DNA of 64,000 nucleotides from a virus: IMG/VR virus record IMGVR_UViG_3300015371_000004, positions 32,001 to 96,000 of that record; one strand, 5' to 3'. Shown piece by piece: positions 57,137 to 64,000 of this stretch (position 1 is its first letter; each line of letters starts with the position of its first letter). The notes under the pieces were generated by a model. It saw only the letters and a program-made list of their open reading frames with translations, ran no database searches and was not told where the DNA came from. The position numbers and the translations under genes were made by a program.

Positions 57137-58887
57137 AGACAATCCCTGAAGTCCTCGCCGAGGCACGCCGGACCGGCGACGTGAGCTTGGCGCCCTGCGC
57201 CTTGCTCACCGACGTCTTCGATCTCGGCCCGCCCTACAAAGTCGGCATCCTGCACCTGCTGCTCCAGCGTCGGCTGCTCCTCAACGATCCGGTGGGCACC
57301 GGCAAGACCGCCTGCGCGCTGGGCGCCTACGCGTACTACCGGCAGAAGGCGCTCGGCCGTCTCGTCGTCTTGGCCAATGACTCAGCGCTCTTCCAGTGGC
57401 AGGCCGAGGTCCACCGGCTCACGACGTTCAAGGCCGAGGTCTACGGCTACAAAGGGAAGCAGATGCTGGAGCCGGACGCGCGCCGCGCGCGCTACCTCGC
57501 CAGTCCGGCTGACGTCTGGATCCTGACGTACGGGCTGGCCGCTCGGGACATCCCGACGCTGCTCCAGCACCCGTTCATTCTGGTCTGCGACGAAATCCAG
57601 TTCATGCGCGGCAGCGGGCAGCGGCGCAAGGTCGTTGAGATCGTGGGAGGCCGAAAGCACACGACGTGGAAGGCGGCGCTCCTCCACCCGGCCGCACGCG
57701 CCCTGAGCACCCGGGCGATCGGGGCGTGGGGACTCAGCGCCACGCCCTTCATGAAGCAGATCGAGGACGTGCACGGCGTCTACGACGTCCTCGTGCCCGG
57801 GCTCCTCGGCACGCGGCCCCAGTTCCAGAAGCGCTACATCCGGACCATGAACCTGACCCGGAAGGACGGGCGCACCTTCCCGAAGGTCATCGGCTACATG
57901 AACGAGGCCGAGCTGACCGCGAGACTCGCGCCCTACACGCTGGCGCGCGACGAGGGCCAGCTGGCCGCCTACCTGCCCAAGGTCCTGCCGCTCCGGCGGG
58001 TCGATGTCGAGCTAGGGCCCGCGCAGCGCGCGCTCTACGACCGGATCCTCACCGAGTTCCCGGGCGGGACGCCGACGGCGGGCGAGAAGCTCGCCGCCCT
58101 CGTCCATGCGCAGATGGCGACCGACGCGCCCGCGGCGCTCGGCTATCCCAAGGTGCCCTCGGCCAAATGGGAGGCCCTCAAGGACTTTCTGACCGACGAG
58201 ACGGCGGGCAAGCAGGCCGTCGTCTACACATTCTTCGCCTCCGTCGCGCGCTGGCTCCACGAGCAGTGCACCGCGGCAGGCATCACGGCCGGGCTCATCA
58301 CGGGAGACCAGAGCACCGTCAAGCGGTTTGACGTGCAGCAGGCCTTCCAGAAGGGTGAGATCCGCGTCGTGATCGTAACCTCTGCAGGGATCTATGGGGT
58401 GAACCTCCGGGCGCCCGTGTTTGTGTTCTACGGGCTCCCGTGGGTCTGGGGCGACAGTATTCAGGCGGTCGGCCGAACCCGCCGACGCGTCACGAACGGC
58501 CATCCGGGTAGCCTCATGGTCCTTGCATTGCTCGCCACCAACACGATGAACGAACACGCTCTCGCTGCCTTGCGGCAGAGTCAGGAGGCCAACGAGCGCC
58601 TGTACGGCCCGATCCGGAATTCATCAAAACATTCAGCGTTAAGGACGATTCCGGAGAGCACGATGATGTCGAGTAGTACGATCAGTACTACGAGAGATCA
58701 AGATCCTACTTTAAGTACTCAGAGATCTTTGGATCTTGATTTTGATCTGAAGAGTGAGGGGGATGAGTCTGATGGGCTCAAGGGCCTCTCGGACTCGTCC
58801 TCCCTCCATGCCCTCTTTGCGTCCGTGAAGCGGGGAGTGGCCCCCGAGACCGGGCCCCTCCCGGAGTTCTTTGCGGACGCCTCCTAG
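57133..58887 (+). CDS. SNF2-type SF2 helicase
   Basis: DPVGTGKT, VCDEIQ, LSATP, GVNL, QAVGRTRR. Confidence 0.88.
   Translation: MKTIPEVLAEARRTGDVSLAPCALLTDVFDLGPPYKVGILHLLLQRRLLLNDPVGTGKTACALGAYAYYRQKALGRLVVLANDSALFQWQAEVHRLTTFKAEVYGYKGKQMLEPDARRARYLASPADVWILTYGLAARDIPTLLQHPFILVCDEIQFMRGSGQRRKVVEIVGGRKHTTWKAALLHPAARALSTRAIGAWGLSATPFMKQIEDVHGVYDVLVPGLLGTRPQFQKRYIRTMNLTRKDGRTFPKVIGYMNEAELTARLAPYTLARDEGQLAAYLPKVLPLRRVDVELGPAQRALYDRILTEFPGGTPTAGEKLAALVHAQMATDAPAALGYPKVPSAKWEALKDFLTDETAGKQAVVYTFFASVARWLHEQCTAAGITAGLITGDQSTVKRFDVQQAFQKGEIRVVIVTSAGIYGVNLRAPVFVFYGLPWVWGDSIQAVGRTRRRVTNGHPGSLMVLALLATNTMNEHALAALRQSQEANERLYGPIRNSSKHSALRTIPESTMMSSSTISTTRDQDPTLSTQRSLDLDFDLKSEGDESDGLKGLSDSSSLHALFASVKRGVAPETGPLPEFFADAS
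58620..58760. repeat. AT-rich GATC/AGTACT-clustered segment inside the helicase 3' end (candidate origin)
   Basis: agatcaagatcc...agatctttggatcttgattttgatctga; GTAGTAC/GTACTAC inverted pair and repeated AGTACT. Confidence 0.5.
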
Positions 58888-59049
58888 GTTCCGGGGCGGT
58901 CGGCCGGGACAGACGGCCGCGCAAGCGGGCTGGGAACTTCGGCGCGCAAGACGAACGGGCCGTCCCGGGTCAATGTAGCCGGGGGCGGCGATTGGGAGCG
59001 CTGGAGATTGCGGCTCGGCCGCCAATTCTGCGTTGGGGGAATACACGGT

Positions 59050-60909
59050 ATGGCAATCTGGTTGGTCCCAGTGACCGTGACTGAATACGGCCGCCGGGCA
59101 AGGGTTGAGGCGGACACCAAGGTCGAGGCGATCCGCAAGGCGCGCGCCGCCGACTGGGAAGAGCTGCTTGACGCGGAGCGCTACCGTGTCCGCATCGCAG
59201 GGCGAACCGAGCCGGAGTTTGTCGGCCACACGAAGCGAACCCCATGACCCACCTCGAAGCCTACGAGCGGGCCGCCAAGATTTGGGGCCATGACCGCATC
59301 CTGAACGTCCACGTGACGGTTGGGGGCGGGGCCGATGTCGAGCTGAAGCCGGGCATGTCGTGGGAGCCCGGGCCCAGCGTCCGGGGCCACCTCATGTGCT
59401 GGCACGTGCTCGACTCGAATGGGCACCCTGCCTGTCATGACGAATGCCGGAAGCTGGAGGGCTGACGATGGCATTAAAGCGCAACGATTCGTGTTTTCAG
59501 AAAGCGGCTGACGACGAGCCGATATTCACCTTGCGGGCAAAGGACGTCCTCGCGCCGCAGATTGTCGAAGCATGGGCTGATCTAGCACAGCGTCACGGCA
59601 CGCCAGAGGCGAAGCTCACCGAGGCCCGAGAATGTGCTGTGTCGATGCGCGTCTGGCAAATCAGCCATACCGCGAAGATCCCAGACTGAAGGACGGGACA
59701 TGCCTGAGACCATCATGAACCTGACCTCAGGCCGCGCGCCACGGCTGACGGACCCTTTCACCGACAGCCTGCTCCTCATCTGTCGGCTGCTGGTCTGCCG
59801 GGGGGAGGGACGATTGCGGCTGGCCTACGCCGAAAAAGACGAGACCATGGACTTTGACCCTGAGGCACAGGAGCATCTGAAGCTCGACGGGAAGCGGCTG
59901 GGTCGGGACATCCGGGTCTACGGGTTCATGGGCCGCCTCTCTGCCGTAGGAGAGGGCACGGCTCTTGGGTGCTTTGCCGAAGAGATCCTCGCGCCACTCA
60001 AAGTGGCCCGGCCGGAGGCGTTCACGGCGACGCTGCCTGCCATCCGCAAGCTGAGCCTCTTTCTGGTGGAGGAGCTACAGCAGGACTGGGTCAACCTCTG
60101 GGCGGAGGAGAACTAATGGGGCGCCTGCAGTTTGATTGCACCGAGGACGTCTTTCTCGACCGTGTCTTCAACAGGCGGGCCGTGTCGGGTCCTCCGTCGA
60201 TCTTTACCACCCTGCGCGACGTACTGATCGACCACGTCCACGGGACGGTGTCGATCATTGTCGAAGACCCGGAGGTCGCCGACATCCCAGAGGGAAACAA
60301 GCCCTACCCGATTCGGTTGGACCCGATCTGATGAGCAAAGGCCTGACCCCGCTCCCGGTTCCAGCACAGGTGGCCGCGGCAGCTGCCCGCTACCGCCAGC
60401 AGGTGGTCCATCTGCTCGACCAGCTGAAGAGCCCGCTGACCCCGGCCCAGAACGCGGTCGCCATCCTCGGCGCCCTCTCGGCGGCGTGGGTGGAGTTTGC
60501 CGTCCATGGCCATGACCTCGTTACGACCGGGACCGACGAGGACCGCGCGCTCTTTAGCAAGGCCCGGGCGGTCTACGCCAACCAGATGTGGGCGATTGGC
60601 GGCAGCGCGTCCCCGGATCTGGCGGCTGACGCGATGGGCTGGGTGAAGCCCAGCAAGCACGTGCTGCTGCTCCATCCGGACGGCCGATCCGAAGAGGCCA
60701 CGATCACTGAGGGCACCGACCATCGCGCGCTCCTCGGTCTCTCGAAGTCGGCGTACGTCGAGATTGTGCCCCTGCCGGACCGCCGCCTCTTGGCCTTTTC
60801 TCCCCAGCGCGGCGAGGTCAACGTCGAGGCCACCAAGCTCCTCCGGAGCGTCAAGCCCGCATCGGTCGCCATCCGCGGCTGCGCCCTCGTCACGCGTGAC
60901 GTAGAATAG
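59050..60909 (+). other. Small ORF cluster (59050-59247, 59244-59465, 59468-59689, 59700-60116, 60116-60331, 60331-60909)
   Basis: Coupled ORFs; 59468-59689 carries the DEPIFTLRAKDVLAP pattern I recall as common in phages. Confidence 0.6.
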
Positions 60910-61112
60910 GCGGCATGCTGACACTGGTCCTCGCGTGGGTGTGCGTGATCTTCGCGTTGGTGATTGGCCTGCAGCAGGCGCTCGCCGCGCCGCGCAACAG
61001 CCCACAGCTCTGGTACGCGCTGGCCCTCATCACACTGGCCATCGCGATGATCCTGACCACGAAGCTCTGGCCGCTGACCTCGTAAGGGGTATAACAGCCG
61101 CGGACGTTCCTT

Positions 61113-61700
61113 CTGGGCACCACGCCAGCCTGCTCGACGTGTGGCGATAGCAAGCACATCCGAACCCCCGCGGGCTGGCGCCGATGCGCGTGCGCGCGCC
61201 ATGCGCAGGTTCTCCCGGTCATCCGGCATGGGGAGGAGGCCTTCCCGGATCGCTACCTGACCGACCTGCCCTTCCCGACCGACCAGAACCTGCTCTACAT
61301 CGGCGACGTCGAGCACGCCTACACCGACTGGCGCTACCGGGTCTGGCGGTCCGTCGTGGACTACCACCGGCTCTACGAGTACCTCGACGCCTACCGGATC
61401 GTCGAGATCCACTTCGAGAAGGACGACAAGTACCAGACTGAGCGCGAGCTGGTCTCGCTCGACCTGCTGATCGTGGTGCTGGGGCTGGCCGAGCTGCAGA
61501 ACCGGATGCTGGGCCCGATTGTCTGCAAGGTGCTCACGCTCCGCCAGCACGAAGGCCGCCCCACGTGGATCTATCTCCCGATGCTGCTCGGGAAGGTGCG
61601 CGACGTGTACGGGGAGGCCCTGTCCACGCTACTCGCGAACTTCCCTAGCGTTCGCCCGGGCGTCAGCGTGCACGCGCCGCGCAACGTGTCGCATATCTGA
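61113..61700 (+). CDS. DnaC/IstB-like helicase loader, degenerate; probable CTG start
   Basis: Open frame from 61095 encodes CSTC...CAC, NLLYIG, DLLIVVLG, LRQHEGRPTWI; TGATG-coupled to dnaB. Confidence 0.6.
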   Translation: MGTTPACSTCGDSKHIRTPAGWRRCACARHAQVLPVIRHGEEAFPDRYLTDLPFPTDQNLLYIGDVEHAYTDWRYRVWRSVVDYHRLYEYLDAYRIVEIHFEKDDKYQTERELVSLDLLIVVLGLAELQNRMLGPIVCKVLTLRQHEGRPTWIYLPMLLGKVRDVYGEALSTLLANFPSVRPGVSVHAPRNVSHI

Positions 61701-63184
61701 TGCAGCTGCCCGACGCCGTCCTTCGGAGCGTGCTCAGGCTCCCGGCCGACGATGGGGCCGTCATCGAAGCCAACTTCGTCACCGTGCACGCCGCGGCCGA
61801 CGAACTCCTCGATGCGGGGAGCATCGATCGGCAGCTCATCGAGTTCACCGCCGACGTCTTCCAACGGTCGAAGGGCTACCCGGACTACGCGCTGGTCTAC
61901 GGCCACTTCCGGGGCAAGGCGGATCAAGGGGACGGCGTGGCCATGGCGGTCGCGACCCGGCTGGACCTCGTCACGGTCTCACCCCCGGCGCTGCTCCTCG
62001 GGGCCGCCCTCACGTATGCGCTCGATCAGTTTCGGGCGGACGTCTTCGGTCAAGCGCTTGGGCAGGCGCTCTTTCAGGCCAGCCAGATCCTCGGATCCGG
62101 GATCGATCAGACCGTCATGCACCACGGCCAGCGGATCACCCAGCGGCTGCAGGGACCGCAGCACGCCTACGATTTCCTGTCGAACGAGATGGGCCATCTG
62201 TCAAAAGTGACAGTCGGCGCGCCTGCCGAGGGGTCGCTCCATGAGGACACCGAGGCAGTCTGGAAGCTCTACGAGTACCGGCGGGATCACCCGCTGGAGA
62301 CCGGGATCCTCTCGGGGATCGACACAATCGACTCGGCCCACCATGGCCTCAGGCGCGGGGATCTGGCACTCGTCCTCGGGTTCACGGGGCACTTCAAGAC
62401 CACGTTCACGATGAGCTGGGCCTACAAGGCGGCCATCCGGCAAGGCAAGCACGTCGCCGTCGTCTCGTGTGAGACGGCGCTCGATGATCTGCGCGCGATC
62501 TTCTACGTAATGCACGCGACCCATCCGAAGTTTCAGGATGACCCCAGCTACCTGACCATCAGTGTGGACGCGGTGGTCCGGGGCACGCTGACCCGGGCGC
62601 AGGAGCGCTTCTTCAAGCACGTCATCGACGACCTGAAGACGAACACGACGTACGGACGCGTGGTCTACCGGGAGCCCTCGGCCGACATGACGGTCGCCGA
62701 CATCCAGCGCTGGGCCGAGGCGCGCAACCGCGAGACCGAGATCGCGCTCCTCCTCATCGACTACTTGGGGCTGGTCAAGCCCAGTGCCTCTCTGCGCGCC
62801 GCCGACACCGGCTCCCGGCTCAATGACGTGATTCGATCGTCCAAGCTCCTTGCCATGGGATTTGCCGCCGGGCGCGGGGTATCACTCCTCAGCCCGTTCC
62901 AAGCGAGTCGCGAGGGCTGGAAGAATGCGGAGAAGGTGGGCGGCAAGTACCGGCTGAGCGATTTCTCGTGGGCGAACGAAGCCGAGAAGAGCGCCGACGT
63001 GATCTACTACGTCTGGCTCGACGATCTGCTCCGCAGCTCGAAGGAACTGGCGATTGGCAATCTGAAGACGCGGGTGGTGCCGATGATTCCCGATCAGTTT
63101 CGCATTTTCGTGGACCCGGTGACGCGCCTCGTCGACAATCTCGACCTGACGTCGCCTGCGCAGGCACCCGTCGACATTTCGTGA
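61700..63184 (+). CDS. dnaB: DnaB-like replicative helicase
   Basis: GLRRGDLALVLGFTGHFKTTF, VSCE, LIDYLGL, EKSAD, LKTR. Confidence 0.88.
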   Translation: MQLPDAVLRSVLRLPADDGAVIEANFVTVHAAADELLDAGSIDRQLIEFTADVFQRSKGYPDYALVYGHFRGKADQGDGVAMAVATRLDLVTVSPPALLLGAALTYALDQFRADVFGQALGQALFQASQILGSGIDQTVMHHGQRITQRLQGPQHAYDFLSNEMGHLSKVTVGAPAEGSLHEDTEAVWKLYEYRRDHPLETGILSGIDTIDSAHHGLRRGDLALVLGFTGHFKTTFTMSWAYKAAIRQGKHVAVVSCETALDDLRAIFYVMHATHPKFQDDPSYLTISVDAVVRGTLTRAQERFFKHVIDDLKTNTTYGRVVYREPSADMTVADIQRWAEARNRETEIALLLIDYLGLVKPSASLRAADTGSRLNDVIRSSKLLAMGFAAGRGVSLLSPFQASREGWKNAEKVGGKYRLSDFSWANEAEKSADVIYYVWLDDLLRSSKELAIGNLKTRVVPMIPDQFRIFVDPVTRLVDNLDLTSPAQAPVDIS

Positions 63185-63194
63185 GGAGGGGCCT

Positions 63195-63458
63195 ATGACA
63201 CGGATACCCGGGGAACCTCAGACACCCGAGGTACGGGGGAAGGGACAGAAGATCGGCAACCTGCATCGGGACTGTCGGGTCTACCGGTACGAAGACGAGC
63301 AGCCTGAGACATGGTACGTCGTCCCGATGGCGGGGACACCGGCTGCGGCGCTCTTGGCCAAAGATGCGGCTGGGCGCTGGCCGACCTTCCCTACCTACGA
63401 GGCGGCGACCGCGGCGATCGATGCGGTCGTGCCGGACCTGCCCAGCGCCTTCAAGTGA
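63195..63458 (+). CDS. Hypothetical protein
   Basis: GAGGAGG SD; 87 aa. Confidence 0.55.
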   Translation: MTRIPGEPQTPEVRGKGQKIGNLHRDCRVYRYEDEQPETWYVVPMAGTPAAALLAKDAAGRWPTFPTYEAATAAIDAVVPDLPSAFK

Positions 63459-63471
63459 GAGGAGACCTCTT

Positions 63472-63672
63472 GTGAACGGACGGATTACACGCTTACTCGT
63501 CGACAAAGGGTTCGGGTTCATTCAGGACGCCGAGGGCACCGAGTACTTCTTCCATCGGAGCGCCGTTGAGGGCGCGGACTTCCGGCTGCTGGCTGAAGGG
63601 CAGACCGTCATCTTCGATCCGGAGGAGGGTCAGAAGGGTCCGCGCGCGGCCAACGTCAAGGTCCAAGGCTGA
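63472..63672 (+). CDS. csp: Cold-shock domain protein
   Basis: RNP1 KGFGFI, RNP2 YFFHRS, GQKGPRAANV. Confidence 0.92.
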   Translation: MNGRITRLLVDKGFGFIQDAEGTEYFFHRSAVEGADFRLLAEGQTVIFDPEEGQKGPRAANVKVQG

Positions 63673-63674
63673 CC

Positions 63675-64000
63675 GTGATTTCGGCCGCATGGTTCTCGTC
63701 GCAGATCACCATCTTCCAAGTGCTCGAAGCCTTGGGGGTGGGTGACGGCGGCCCGGAAGAGACGCGCCAGATCGCCTGCCCGGTCCATCAGGACCGGCGG
63801 CCCTCGGCGCGCGTCTACGGCGGCGACGAGAACCGGCTCTACTGCTTCACCTGCGGTCGGGGCTGGGACGTGGTCGGCCTTGTCATGGCCGTCCAGCACC
63901 TGACCTACCCAGCCGCGGCCGACTGGCTGATGGAGACGTTCAACCTCGGGCGGCCGTCCGACCTGCCCGGCCAGATCCGGCAGGCGCTCCTGTCCACAGC
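63675..64000 (+). CDS. CHC2 primase-type zinc-finger protein (runs off the right edge)
   Basis: Own translation: ...IACPVHQDRRPSARVY...LYCFTCGRGWDVVGLV...AADWL. Confidence 0.82.
   Translation, partial: MISAAWFSSQITIFQVLEALGVGDGGPEETRQIACPVHQDRRPSARVYGGDENRLYCFTCGRGWDVVGLVMAVQHLTYPAAADWLMETFNLGRPSDLPGQIRQALLST

Noticed and set aside
1-64000. Stop-codon reassignment, tRNA genes, integrase, lysis cassette
   Set aside because: Conserved genes are intact in the standard code and end in TAA, TAG or TGA. No tRNA-like, integrase, endolysin or holin sequence was recognised by eye.

Overview
A 64-kb piece of a large, high-GC tailed dsDNA phage. It is probably siphovirus-like: it has a tail tube, a frameshifted tail chaperone and a tape measure, but no sheath, and I saw no integrase, tRNA or CRISPR. 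Positions 1-54.8 kb are almost all minus-strand. They hold tail genes (1-9.8 kb), head and packaging genes (10.4-25 kb), transcription/recombination/replication genes (25-37.5 kb) and a dense field of small accessory genes (37.6-54.8 kb). Positions 54.9-64 kb are plus-strand (DUF932-like, SF2 helicase, loader-like, DnaB, cold-shock protein, primase-type zinc finger). Three observations stand out. (1) Six proteins with diverse bodies, two of them Zeta-toxin-like kinases, share 8 copies of a Cys/His/Gly motif (x-x-E|[ASFY]-N-x-[CY]-H...G-G/R/K-[QRK]-F). The motif always follows a Glu in a prohead-protease-like cleavage context, which suggests a tagged, virion-packaged effector system. (2) There are two promoter-like motif families, ECF-like GGAAC-N16/17-CGTCTAA (with a TTACA-N4-TGTAA palindrome) and -10-only GGGGTANNAC, alongside a sigma2-only gene, a sigma4-only gene and a NusG paralogue. 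(3) Several machines are encoded in separate pieces (terminase, sigma, SbcC/Rad50, probably primase), and PolA-like and DnaC-like proteins appear catalytically degenerate. All calls come from reading motifs by eye; no searches were run.
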